NCBI GenBank assembly: GCA_032654565.1
Contig: JAULAX010000015.1
Location: 832,001-896,000, forward strand
DNA: 64,000 nt
DNA from: Anaeromyxobacteraceae bacterium
GTDB taxonomy: Bacteria > Myxococcota > Myxococcia > Myxococcales > Anaeromyxobacteraceae
Direction: 5' to 3'
Shown here: piece after piece, positions 8,318-17,502 of the stretch
Layout of the letters: each line of letters starts with the position of its first letter
Position numbering within the stretch: position 1 is the stretch's first letter
Notes under the pieces: generated by a model
The model's database searches: none
Told to the model about the DNA's origin: nothing
What the model saw: only the letters and a program-made list of their open reading frames with translations
Position numbers and translations under genes: made by a program

Positions 8318-11300
8318 ATGGACCGATTCATCGGCATCGACGTCGGGGCGGAGACCATCAAGGTGGTGGAGCTGGTGCGCGACGGCGGGGCGCTGGCGGT
8401 GGCGCGGCGGCTGGAGTCGGCGCACGGCAAGGCGCCGGGGGCCGGCCTCGTCGAGCTCCTCTCCGGGCTCGACTGGCCGGGGGTGTCCGGGGCCGCGGTG
8501 ACCGGGCGGCTGGGGCGCGGGGTGGCCCTCCCGCGCATCCCCACGCAGCAGGCGCTGGTGGCCGGCCACCGCCACCGCCACGGCGACGGGGCCGCCACCC
8601 TGGTGACCATCGGCGCCCGCGGCTTCCAGGTGGTGGAGCTCCACGCCGGGGGGCGCACCACGGCGCGGGAGAACTCGCGGTGCGCCCAGGGCACCGGGAA
8701 CTTCCTGCGGCAGCTGGTGGAGCGGCTCGGGCTCGGGGTGGAGGAGGCCTGTCGGCTCGCCGAGGCCGAGGCCGACCCGGCCGAGCTCTCCGGGCGCTGC
8801 CCGGTGATCCTCAAGACCGACGTGACCCACCTCGCCAACAAGGGAGAGCGGCGCGAGCGGATCCTGGCCGGGCTGCTCGAGGCGGTGGCCGAGAACGTGG
8901 CCGCGCTGGTGAAGCCGGGGACCTGCCCGGACCGGGTCTACCTGGGCGGCGGCGTGGCCCGCGCCGGGCGGGTGCGCGCGGCGCTGCGGCGGCGGCTGGA
9001 GCGCGCCGGCAGGACGCTGGTCGAGACCGATCCGGGCGAGGCCCTCTTCCAGGAGGCGCTGGGGGCCGCGCTCCACGCCGCCACGGCGCCGGCGCCGGTC
9101 CCCTCGCTGCGCGCCCTGGTCGCCGCCTCCGCGGAGGCCCCCCTGGAGCTCCTGCCGCCGCCGTCGAGCGCGCTCGCCAGGGTGCGCCGCCTGGTCAGGG
9201 CCCCGGCCGGCGGGGCGCCGCCGGCCAGCCTGGTGCTCGGCCTCGACATCGGCTCGACCGGCTCCAAGGCGGTGGCGCTCGACCTGGGGCGGGGCGAGCC
9301 GGCCTGGGAGGGCTACCTGAAGACCGGCGGCGACCCGGTCGGCGCTTCGCAGGCGCTGGTGCGCGCCTTCCTGGCCGGGCCGCTGGCCGCGGTGCCGGTC
9401 GGGGCCGTCGCCGTCACCGGCAGCGGACGCGAGATCGTCGGCTCGCTGCTGGCCACCTGCTTCGGCGCGGAGCGGGTCTTCGTGCTCAACGAGATCGCGG
9501 CGCACGCCGCCGGGGCGGTCCACGCCGATCCGCGCGTCGACACCATCTTCGAGATCGGGGGCCAGGACGCCAAGTACATCCGGCTCGAGCAGGGGCGGGT
9601 GGTGGACGCCGCCATGAACGAGGCCTGCAGCGCCGGCACCGGCTCCTTCATCGAGGAGCAGGGGCGGCGCTTCGAGGGCGTGAAGGACGCGGTCGAGCTG
9701 GCCGCCCTGGCCTGCGGCGCCGACGGCGCGGTGGCGCTCGGTCAGCACTGCTCGGTCTTCATGGCCGAGGTGATCGACGAGGCGGTGGCGCGCGGGGCCC
9801 CGCGGGAGCGGATCGTGGCCGGCCTCTACGAGTCGGTGATCGCCAACTACCTCGATCGCGTCAAGGGGAGCCGCTCGGTCGGCCAGGTGGTCTTCTGCCA
9901 GGGGATGCCCTTCGCCGCCGACGCCCTGGCCGCGGCGGTGGCGCGCCAGACCGGAGCCGAGGTGATCGTGCCGCCCAGCCCGGGCACGGTCGGCGCCCTG
10001 GGGATCGCGCTGCTGGCCGCCGAGGCGCTGCCGGCGTCCTCCGCGGCGCCGCTGGCGCTGTCGCGCCTCCTCGAGGCCCGGGTGGAGCGCACCGAGACCT
10101 TCGTGTGCGGCGCCAGCAGCGGCTGCGGCGGCGAGGGGGCCCGCTGCCGCGTCGACCGGCTCACCACGCTGGTCGCCGGCGAGCGCCGCCGCTTCAGCTG
10201 GGGCGGGGCCTGCGCGCTCCACGACGGCGGGACCCGCAGGCACACCCTGCCCGACCTCGCCCCCGACCCCTTCCGCGAGCGCGAGGGGCTGGTCGATCGG
10301 CTGGTCGCCGGGCTCTCGGCGAGGAGGGGTGGCCGGAGCGTCGCCCTCACCGACGAGTTCCAGCTCAAGGGGCTCTTCCCCTTCTTCGCCACCTTCCTCC
10401 ACGGCCTGGGGCTGGACCTCGAGGTGGTGCGCGGCGCGGGCCGGGCCGAGCTGAAGCGCGGGCTGGATGGCGCCCATGTCGCCTTCTGCGCGCCCATGCA
10501 GCAGCACCACGGCACCGTGGCCGCCCTGGCGGGGCGCGGCACCGACTTCGTCTTCCAGCCCATGTTGCGGGAGCTCCCCCGGGTAGGCGGCGAGCGGGCC
10601 TCGCAGCTCTGCCCGGTGGTCCAGGCGGCGCCGGACCTGCTGCGCGCCGACCTGGGCGACGCGCTGGCCGGCCGGCTGCTCAGCCCGGTGGTCGACGTCG
10701 GCCCCGGCCGGCTCGACGCCCCGGTCTTCCAGGACGCCTGCCGGCGGCTGGCCGGCGAGGTGGGGGTGCGGGACGCGCCGACCTGGCGGGCCGCCTGGGA
10801 GGCCGGGCGCGCGGCGCAGCAGGCCTTCGACGAGGGGCTGCTGGCCATCGGCCGGCGGGCCCTGGGGCGCTGCCGGGAGGAGGGGCTGCTGGCGGTGGTG
10901 GTGCTGGGGCGCACCTACACCATCCACAACGACGTGCTCAACTCCAACGTCCCGGCCATCCTGCGCCAGCAGGGGGCCATCGCCGTCCCGGTCGACTGCC
11001 TCCCCATCGGAGAGGAGGCGCCGCTCTTCGAGAACATGTACTGGGGCCATGGCCAGCGCATCATGCGGGCCGCCTGGCAGGTGCGCCGCACCCCCGGCCT
11101 CTACGCCCTCTACGCCTCCAACTACTCCTGCGGCCCCGACAGCTTCACCCTCCACTTCTTCGGCGCCCTCATGGAGGGGAAGCCCTTCGCCGTCATCGAG
11201 ACCGACGGCCACGCCGGCGACGCCGGCACGCGCACCCGCGTCGAGGCCTTCCTGCACTGCGTCCGCGAGGACCTGCGCGCCCCGCCGCCCCGCGCCGCGC

Positions 11301-12649
11301 CCGGCGTCGAGCGGCTCACGGTGGCGAGCCGGGGCCTCCCCGAGCTGCTGCGCGGCGGCGAGCGGCTGCTGGTGCCGCCCATGGGACCGCAGGCCGAGGC
11401 GCTCGCCGCGGTGCTGCGCGGCGTGGGGCTCCAGGTGGAGGTGCTGCCGGAGCCGACCCGCCAGACGCTGCGGCTGGGCCGCCGCCACGCCTCGGGCAAG
11501 GAGTGCCTGCCGGCGGTGGTGACCCTGGGCGGGCTGCTGGAGCGGCTGGAGCGGGAGCGGGATCCGGCGGCGCGCTTCACCTTCTTCATGCCGGGCACCG
11601 ACGGTCCCTGCCGCTTCGGCGCCTACAAGGAGCTGCACCAGCTGGTGCTCGACCGGCTCGGCCACTCCGGCCGGGTGCGGATCTGGTCTCCGCCCTTCGG
11701 CGACTACTTCCAGGGGATCCCGGCGGGCGCCGGCGCCCTGGTGCTCACCGGCGCCACCGCCATCGACCTGCTGCGCGACCTCCGCTACGAGGTCGGACCG
11801 GGTGAGGCACGCCCGGGCGCGGCCAGCCGGCTCTTCAACCGGTACCTCTCCGTGCTCACCGCCCTGCTGGAGCGCGAGGCGGCGCGCGACCTGGGCGGCG
11901 GCCGGGTGCTGCGCGAGGCGGCCACCGGCCGGCTCTACGGCGTCCCGACCCTGCTGAGGCGGGCCGGGGAGGCCTTCGCCGCGCTGCGGGGCCCGGTCGA
12001 GGCGCCGCGCGTGCTGGTGGTGGGCGAGATCTTCGTCCGCAACGAGCCCTTCTCGAGCGGCTTCGTCGCCGACGAGCTGGCGCGGCGCGGCCTGGTCGCC
12101 CGCGTCGCCCCGGTCACCGAGTTCCTCCAGTACTCCGACCACTGCGGGCGGCAGCAGCGACGCCTCGACCTCGGCGACCGGCTCGACGGCTGGGTGCGCC
12201 GCCGCATCGAGACCGCCTGCCACCAGGCCGCGGCGAGGGCCTTCGGCTGGCGCCCGCCGCCCGGGACGGCGAGGACGCTGCGCGCCGCCGCGCCCTACCT
12301 GCGCGACGCCCTGGAGGGCGAGACGGTCCTGACCCTGGGGGCGGCCGTCGAGGCCTGGCGGCGGCGCGAGGTGGAGGGCGTCCTCTCGGTCGGGCCGCTC
12401 GAGTGCATGCCCAACAAGCTGGCCGAGTCGCTCTTCCACCACGCCGCGGCGCGCGAGGGGCTGCTCTCGCTCACCCTCTCGCTCAACGGGGAGCCGCTCG
12501 ATCCCGAGGCGCTCGACGCCTTCGCCTTCGCGGTCCACGCCCGCCACCGGGCCACCGCCGGGCGGCCCCGTCCGCCCCTCCACCGGCCTCGCCCCCGCCC
12601 CGCGGGCGACCTGGTCACGCTGGGGCTCCCGGCGCAGCAGGCCCGGTGA
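8318..12649 (+). CDS. Multidomain CoA-substrate-specific enzyme activase: two HgdC/BcrAD-type ASKHA ATPase Fe-S domains plus DUF2229/2-hydroxyacyl-CoA dehydratase-like domains
   Basis: GIDVGAETIK and GLDIGSTGSK; RCAQGTGNFL and EACSAGTGSF; GRCPV and QHCSVF; FEIGGQDAK; NYSCGPDSF; ECLP; GPCRFG; GPLECMP. Confidence 0.88.
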   Translation: MDRFIGIDVGAETIKVVELVRDGGALAVARRLESAHGKAPGAGLVELLSGLDWPGVSGAAVTGRLGRGVALPRIPTQQALVAGHRHRHGDGAATLVTIGARGFQVVELHAGGRTTARENSRCAQGTGNFLRQLVERLGLGVEEACRLAEAEADPAELSGRCPVILKTDVTHLANKGERRERILAGLLEAVAENVAALVKPGTCPDRVYLGGGVARAGRVRAALRRRLERAGRTLVETDPGEALFQEALGAALHAATAPAPVPSLRALVAASAEAPLELLPPPSSALARVRRLVRAPAGGAPPASLVLGLDIGSTGSKAVALDLGRGEPAWEGYLKTGGDPVGASQALVRAFLAGPLAAVPVGAVAVTGSGREIVGSLLATCFGAERVFVLNEIAAHAAGAVHADPRVDTIFEIGGQDAKYIRLEQGRVVDAAMNEACSAGTGSFIEEQGRRFEGVKDAVELAALACGADGAVALGQHCSVFMAEVIDEAVARGAPRERIVAGLYESVIANYLDRVKGSRSVGQVVFCQGMPFAADALAAAVARQTGAEVIVPPSPGTVGALGIALLAAEALPASSAAPLALSRLLEARVERTETFVCGASSGCGGEGARCRVDRLTTLVAGERRRFSWGGACALHDGGTRRHTLPDLAPDPFREREGLVDRLVAGLSARRGGRSVALTDEFQLKGLFPFFATFLHGLGLDLEVVRGAGRAELKRGLDGAHVAFCAPMQQHHGTVAALAGRGTDFVFQPMLRELPRVGGERASQLCPVVQAAPDLLRADLGDALAGRLLSPVVDVGPGRLDAPVFQDACRRLAGEVGVRDAPTWRAAWEAGRAAQQAFDEGLLAIGRRALGRCREEGLLAVVVLGRTYTIHNDVLNSNVPAILRQQGAIAVPVDCLPIGEEAPLFENMYWGHGQRIMRAAWQVRRTPGLYALYASNYSCGPDSFTLHFFGALMEGKPFAVIETDGHAGDAGTRTRVEAFLHCVREDLRAPPPRAAPGVERLTVASRGLPELLRGGERLLVPPMGPQAEALAAVLRGVGLQVEVLPEPTRQTLRLGRRHASGKECLPAVVTLGGLLERLERERDPAARFTFFMPGTDGPCRFGAYKELHQLVLDRLGHSGRVRIWSPPFGDYFQGIPAGAGALVLTGATAIDLLRDLRYEVGPGEARPGAASRLFNRYLSVLTALLEREAARDLGGGRVLREAATGRLYGVPTLLRRAGEAFAALRGPVEAPRVLVVGEIFVRNEPFSSGFVADELARRGLVARVAPVTEFLQYSDHCGRQQRRLDLGDRLDGWVRRRIETACHQAAARAFGWRPPPGTARTLRAAAPYLRDALEGETVLTLGAAVEAWRRREVEGVLSVGPLECMPNKLAESLFHHAAAREGLLSLTLSLNGEPLDPEALDAFAFAVHARHRATAGRPRPPLHRPRPRPAGDLVTLGLPAQQAR

Positions 12650-12658
12650 CGGCCGCCC

Positions 12659-14986
12659 TCAGCCCGGGGGCGCCTGGTCGAGGCGGGCCGCCAGGGCGCG
12701 CGCCTGCTCCAGCAGCGGCGTCCCGGACTCGGCGCTGGACCAGGCCGCCTGCAGCCGCCGCAGCGGGAGGCGGGCGGCCGCGGCGTCGCCGAGGCGGAAC
12801 AGGGCGTCGGCGAGCAGCAGCTGGCTGCGCGGCCAGGCCCAGCTGCGCCACATCTGGCGCCAGGTGTAGAGCCGCTCGAAGCGGGTGAGCGCGTCGACCG
12901 CCTCCTCCAGCCTCCCGGCCCGGTGGGCCAGCTCGCCGAGGGCGTAGAGCGGGGCGAGGCGCCAGGCCACCACCGGCGTCCGGGCGCAGGTCGCGCGCAG
13001 GCCGGCCAGCGCCCCCTCCCGGTCACCGCGGTGCCAGGCCAGCAGCGCCGCGGTGGTGTCGGCCAGCACCGATCCCGGGGGCAGCCCCGCGCCCAGCCGG
13101 GCGGCCGGCTCGAGCGCACCGAGCCAGGCCAGGGAGACGGCGTGCTCGGCGGCGGCGCGGGGATCGGCGGCGCCGACCCGCTCGATGGCCGCCTCGACGC
13201 CCGCGAGGTCGCCGTCCCCCAGCAGGTAGTCGGCCCGGACGGCGTGGTAGTGCCAGTCGCGCAGCACCGCCGGGACCTCCCGCGCCAGCTCCTCCAGCAT
13301 GGCCAGGCCGGCGCGGCGCCGCCCCTGGAAGGCGTGCAGCGCCGCCAGCCCGTAGTAGCCCATGCGGCGGACCGGGCTTCCGGGCGCCGCCAGCTGGCGC
13401 ACCTCCTGCTCGGCGTCGGCGAACCGGCCGGAGAAGAAGACCGCCGCCAGCTGGTCCTCGCGCCCGGCCACCCCGCCCCCCACCGCCATGGCGCGCTCGC
13501 CGGCCCGTCGCGCCGCCACGAGGTCACCCAGCCAGCCCGAGGCCACCGAGAGGCCGTGCAGCGCGGCCGGGCCACCGGTCCCGTCCCAGCGCCTCGACCA
13601 GGCCCGCAGCTCCTCGTGCCGGCCCAGCGCCCCCAGCGCCTCGGCGAGGTGGCCGGCGGCCCAGCCGTACTCCGGGTCGAGCGCCACCACCTGCTCGAAC
13701 CAGGGGAGCGCCGCGGCCAGCTCGTCGCGGTGGCGCAGGATGTCGCCGGCCTGGTACCAGGCCCGCACCTCGTCCGGCCAGGCCTCGACCACCCGCCGGT
13801 AGACGGCCAGCGCCGCCTCGTCGTCGCCGCCGACGTGGGCCGCGAAGGCCTCGATGAGGGCGCGCTCCCGCTCGCTGGCTGCGCCGGCGTTGTCCTGCGC
13901 CGCCAGCAGCGCCGCCTCCTGCTCGGCCTGCTCGCCGCCGAACCAGCGCAGCCAGACGGCCAGCTCGTAGTGGGCCGCCGCCAGCCCCGGGTCGAGCGTC
14001 ACCGCCTTGCGCAGGAGCGCACCGCAGTCCTGACCGAGCGCCGGGCTCCGCACGCACTGCTCGCCGAGGAAGTAGGTGCGCCAGGCCTCGACCGAGGCGG
14101 CGGCCGGCGAGGCGGCGGCCGGCGGGGCGGTCCAGCCGCGCTCCGCCTCCAGGAGGGCCTCGAGCAGCCCGGCGGCGTCGCGGTGGCGGTCGCCGGGCGC
14201 GGGCGCCGTGGCCCGCGCCACCAGCGCGGCCAGGGGGGCCGGGATGCCCGGCCGGTCGAGCGTCCCCCGGGGGACGCCGGCGGCGCCGACGCCGGCCAGC
14301 ATCTCGTGGAGCAGCAGGCCCAGGGCGTAGAGGTCGGTGCGCTCGTCCTCGGCGCCGCCGGCCGCCTGCTCCGGCGCCATGTAGCCGGGCGTGCCGCTGC
14401 GCACCGGCCCGCGCACGCCGAAGGCGGCGGCGAGGCCGAAGTCGAGCACCTTGGCCGGTCCGCCCTCGACCAGGAAGACGTTGGCCGGCTTGAGATCCCG
14501 GTGCAGCACGCCGGCGGCGTGGGCGTGGACCATGGCGCGGCACACCTCCACGGCCGCGGCCAGCGCGGCGCGCACCGGCAGGGGGCCGCGCTCCAGCCGC
14601 GTCGCCAGCGGCTCGCCGCGCAGCAGCTCCAGCACCAGGTAGGGGCCGACCGGGCAGTTCCCCACGTCGTGGATGGTGACGATGTTGGGGTGGGAGAGCT
14701 GGGCCGCCGCCTCGGCCTCGCGCCGCAGCGAGGCCTCGACCGAGGTGCGCACCTCCCGCCCGGTGGCGCGGAGGATCTTGAGGGCGACGTTGCGGCGCAG
14801 CTCCTCGTCGCGGGCCTCGAAGACCCGTCCGAAGCCGCCGCGCCCCAGCTCGCGGAGGACGGTGAAGCGGCCGACCGCCTCGCCGGGGCGGGGGAAGGGG
14901 AGCGTGGCGGCGTCGAGCTCGGGCAGGCGGAAGAGCTCGGCGATGATCGCCGAGACCGCCGCCGGCGCCGGTCGCCCGCTGGTCAC
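12659..14986 (-). CDS. Hanks-type Ser/Thr protein kinase with C-terminal TPR-like repeats
   Basis: GRGGFG, VALK, HRDLKPAN, LDFG and GTPGYMAPE. GTG 14986 overlaps the sigma-factor stop (GTGA). No evident TM segment. Confidence 0.9.
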   Translation of the reverse strand: MTSGRPAPAAVSAIIAELFRLPELDAATLPFPRPGEAVGRFTVLRELGRGGFGRVFEARDEELRRNVALKILRATGREVRTSVEASLRREAEAAAQLSHPNIVTIHDVGNCPVGPYLVLELLRGEPLATRLERGPLPVRAALAAAVEVCRAMVHAHAAGVLHRDLKPANVFLVEGGPAKVLDFGLAAAFGVRGPVRSGTPGYMAPEQAAGGAEDERTDLYALGLLLHEMLAGVGAAGVPRGTLDRPGIPAPLAALVARATAPAPGDRHRDAAGLLEALLEAERGWTAPPAAASPAAASVEAWRTYFLGEQCVRSPALGQDCGALLRKAVTLDPGLAAAHYELAVWLRWFGGEQAEQEAALLAAQDNAGAASERERALIEAFAAHVGGDDEAALAVYRRVVEAWPDEVRAWYQAGDILRHRDELAAALPWFEQVVALDPEYGWAAGHLAEALGALGRHEELRAWSRRWDGTGGPAALHGLSVASGWLGDLVAARRAGERAMAVGGGVAGREDQLAAVFFSGRFADAEQEVRQLAAPGSPVRRMGYYGLAALHAFQGRRRAGLAMLEELAREVPAVLRDWHYHAVRADYLLGDGDLAGVEAAIERVGAADPRAAAEHAVSLAWLGALEPAARLGAGLPPGSVLADTTAALLAWHRGDREGALAGLRATCARTPVVAWRLAPLYALGELAHRAGRLEEAVDALTRFERLYTWRQMWRSWAWPRSQLLLADALFRLGDAAAARLPLRRLQAAWSSAESGTPLLEQARALAARLDQAPPG

Positions 14987-15543
14987 AGCAGCCCCGCCTC
15001 CAGGGCCAGCTGCCCCAGCCGCTCCTTGAGCCGCTCGTAGCGCTTGCGCAGCGCGGCCGAGGTCACCGGGGTGGCCCCCTCCGAGAGCAGCGCCGCCAGC
15101 TCCTCCCACTCCAGCTCCCGATCGAGCCGCAGCGAGAGCAGCTGCTGGTCGTCCGGGTCGAGGGCCTCGCGCAGCCGCCGCAGCGTCTCGCGGCGCCCGC
15201 CCGGGAGCTGGGCCGAGTCGGTGATGGAGGCGGCCAGGCGCGAGGCCATGGAGGTGGGGAACCGCTCCGCGCGCCGGTGCCAGGCGGTCTTGCGGAGGCG
15301 GGCGGCGGCGTTCCGGGCCAGCCGGTAGGACCAGGCCCGCAGCGAGCACTCGAAGCGGAAGCCGGGCAGGCCACGCCACAGGTCCTCGGCGAAGGTGGAG
15401 AAGGCGTCGCGGGCGTCGTCCTCGTCGAGGAGGCTCCCGAGGAAGCCGAGCAGGCTGGGACCGAGCGCCTCGAGGGCGGCGGTGGCCGCCTCGTCCACCT
15501 CCCCCCGCTCGAGGAGGGCCCGCACCCGGGCGTCGAGGGTCAT
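14983..15543 (-). CDS. ECF-type RNA polymerase sigma factor
   Basis: Region 2 DARDAFSTFAEDLWRGLPGFRFECSLRAWSYRLARN; region 4 LDPDDQQLLSLRLDRELEWEELA...ALRKRYERLKERL. Confidence 0.85.
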   Translation of the reverse strand: MTLDARVRALLERGEVDEAATAALEALGPSLLGFLGSLLDEDDARDAFSTFAEDLWRGLPGFRFECSLRAWSYRLARNAAARLRKTAWHRRAERFPTSMASRLAASITDSAQLPGGRRETLRRLREALDPDDQQLLSLRLDRELEWEELAALLSEGATPVTSAALRKRYERLKERLGQLALEAGLL

Positions 15544-15699
15544 GCGGGGAGTCTAGCCTCTTGAAGCCACGTCCGGGGAGGCCAGGACACGCTCCTCCCT
15601 CGGGGAGGCAAGCCACCATGACCAGGACGGCCACCTCGACAGGGGAGACGCCGGGTCGCTTGTGATCCTGCTCGGCCCGCCTTAGGTAGTCCCTTCGAG

Positions 15700-16146
15700 A
15701 TGGCCGACACCCACCAGCTGCTTGAGAAGGCCGAGCGGCTCGAGCTGCTGGCCCAGCAGATCTACGAGGCGCTCTCGCAGCGCTTCGGCGGGGAGACCCG
15801 CGAGGTCTTCCAGCGGCTGGCGGCCGAGGAGAGCCAGCACGCCTCGCGGGTCCGGCTGCTCGGCGCCCGCTACCGGCAGGATCGCCGGCTGGTCACCTCG
15901 CTGGCCATCGACACCCCGCTGCTCGATCGGCTGCTGGTCGAGGCCGGGGAGGCGCTGGAGGCGGTGCGGGCCGGCGCCTGGGACGGCGACGCCGCAGCGG
16001 CCATGGCGAGCGCCGCCGAGCTGGAGAGCCGCTTCTGCCAGGCCCACGCCCAGTCGCTCTCGCAGGGGGCGATGCCGGAGCTGCGGTCCTTCTTCGAGCA
16101 GCTCGCCTCGCAGGACAAGGCCCACGCCAGGCTGCTCACGAAGTAG
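15700..16146 (+). CDS. Ferritin-like/rubrerythrin-domain protein
   Basis: Di-iron pattern: E...Y, LAAEESQH, ELE and LASQDKAH. Confidence 0.75.
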   Translation: MADTHQLLEKAERLELLAQQIYEALSQRFGGETREVFQRLAAEESQHASRVRLLGARYRQDRRLVTSLAIDTPLLDRLLVEAGEALEAVRAGAWDGDAAAAMASAAELESRFCQAHAQSLSQGAMPELRSFFEQLASQDKAHARLLTK

Positions 16147-16198
16147 CCCGGGTCCGTCCGGCTCCTGACAGGCGGGAGAGCGGAGGCCGACGACCGGT

Positions 16199-16699
16199 TC
16201 AGGGCGCGGGGTGGGGCGGGAGCGCCAGCTCCATGTAGACCACGCCGGGCAGCGGGTTCGGGTAGTAGGGGCCGCGCTCCACGAAGCCGAGCGAGGCGTA
16301 GAGCGCCCGCGCCGCGGTCATCCAGTCGAGGGTGTCGAGCCGCACGGTGCGGTAGCCGCCGGCGCCCGCCGCCGCCAGCAGCGCCGTGGCCACCGCCCGG
16401 GCCACGCCGTGGCCGCGCTGCTCGGGGCGGGTCCACATCCGCTTCAGCTCGGCCACGCCCGGCTCCAGCGGCCGCAGCGCCCCGCAGCCGGCCAGCACGT
16501 CGCCGCGCCAGGCCAGCAGCAGGCGGCCCGCCGGGCGGGCGTAGGCGCCGGGGAGCGCCGCCAGCTCGGCCTCGAACCCCTGGAAGCAGAGGTCGACGCC
16601 GATGGCCGCCTGGTACTCGCGGAACAGGGCCCGGGCCAGGTCGAGCTCGGGGGGGGCGCTGGCCTCCCGCAGCCGGAGGGTGGCGGTGAGCGGGGCCAT
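16199..16699 (-). CDS. GNAT family N-acetyltransferase
   Basis: DLCFQGFEAELAALPG, ELKRMWTRPEQRGHGVA and LDTLDWMTAARALYASLGF. TGATG coupling to the upstream gene. Confidence 0.88.
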   Translation of the reverse strand: MAPLTATLRLREASAPPELDLARALFREYQAAIGVDLCFQGFEAELAALPGAYARPAGRLLLAWRGDVLAGCGALRPLEPGVAELKRMWTRPEQRGHGVARAVATALLAAAGAGGYRTVRLDTLDWMTAARALYASLGFVERGPYYPNPLPGVVYMELALPPHPAP

Positions 16700-17502
16700 C
16701 AGAGCACCTCCAGGTCGGCCGAGGCCACCCAGCCCTCCAGGCCGTTGAGCAGCCGGACCCGGGCCACGTCGGCCTGGGCCTCGAGGATGCGCACCGTGGT
16801 CCCCTCGTGCAGCTCGAAGGCGGCCTTGAGCGTGCGCGACGGCCCCTCGCGGACCGGCGAGGTGGGCGCGATCACCACCGCGGTGGGGGTCTGCCGGTCG
16901 GCCGCCTTGCCGGCCAGGATGGCCCCGCCGGCCACCGCCAGCAGCGCCGCCAGCAGCGCCGCCGGGCCGAGCCAGGCGCGGGCGCTCCGGCTGGCGCGGC
17001 TGCGGAGCCAGAGCAGCAGCCAGAGGGCGGCCCAGGCGATCCCGAAGAGGGCCAGCGCGGCGCCGTCGGGCGTGCGGGCCAGCACCCGGGCGTGGAGCGG
17101 CGGCTGGGCCTCGCCCACCAGCCGGTCGACGTTCTGGGCGCGGGCCTGCTCCAGGTTGGCCTGGGCGTCGGCGTCGCCCGGCTCGAGGGCCAGCGCCCGC
17201 AGGTAGCTGGCGATGGCGCGGCCGCGGAAGCCGAGCCGCAGCAGGGCGTTGCCGAGGTCGTAGTGGAGCCCGGCGCTCTCCCAGCCCTCGTCGACCAGGG
17301 CCCGCCAGCCGCGGGCGGCCCCCTCGTGGTCGCCGGCCAGGTAGAGGGCGGCGGCCTGCTCGGCGCGGGCGGCCGGCTCGGCGACCGGCGCGGCGGCCAC
17401 CGCCCGGGTCGCGGCGGATGGCGTGGCGGGGGCGACGGCGTTGCCTTCCGCGGCCGAGGCCGGCGCGGCGGCGGCCAGCCAGAGGAGCAGGAGCGCCGTC
17501 AT
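16699..17502 (-). CDS. batE: BatE-like TPR + SH3 domain protein
   Basis: LHYDLGNALLRLG...YLRALALEPGD; TM pair; C-terminal FELHEGTTVRI...GLEGWV. Confidence 0.8.
   Translation of the reverse strand: MTALLLLWLAAAAPASAAEGNAVAPATPSAATRAVAAAPVAEPAARAEQAAALYLAGDHEGAARGWRALVDEGWESAGLHYDLGNALLRLGFRGRAIASYLRALALEPGDADAQANLEQARAQNVDRLVGEAQPPLHARVLARTPDGAALALFGIAWAALWLLLWLRSRASRSARAWLGPAALLAALLAVAGGAILAGKAADRQTPTAVVIAPTSPVREGPSRTLKAAFELHEGTTVRILEAQADVARVRLLNGLEGWVASADLEVL

Noticed and set aside
8150..12583. Very long alternative-frame ORFs here and at 28386-32582, 28898-32689, 57289-60309 and 57455-60319
   Set aside because: Stop-poor shadow frames expected at this GC content; Arg/Gly/Pro-rich with no motifs, overlapping well-supported genes
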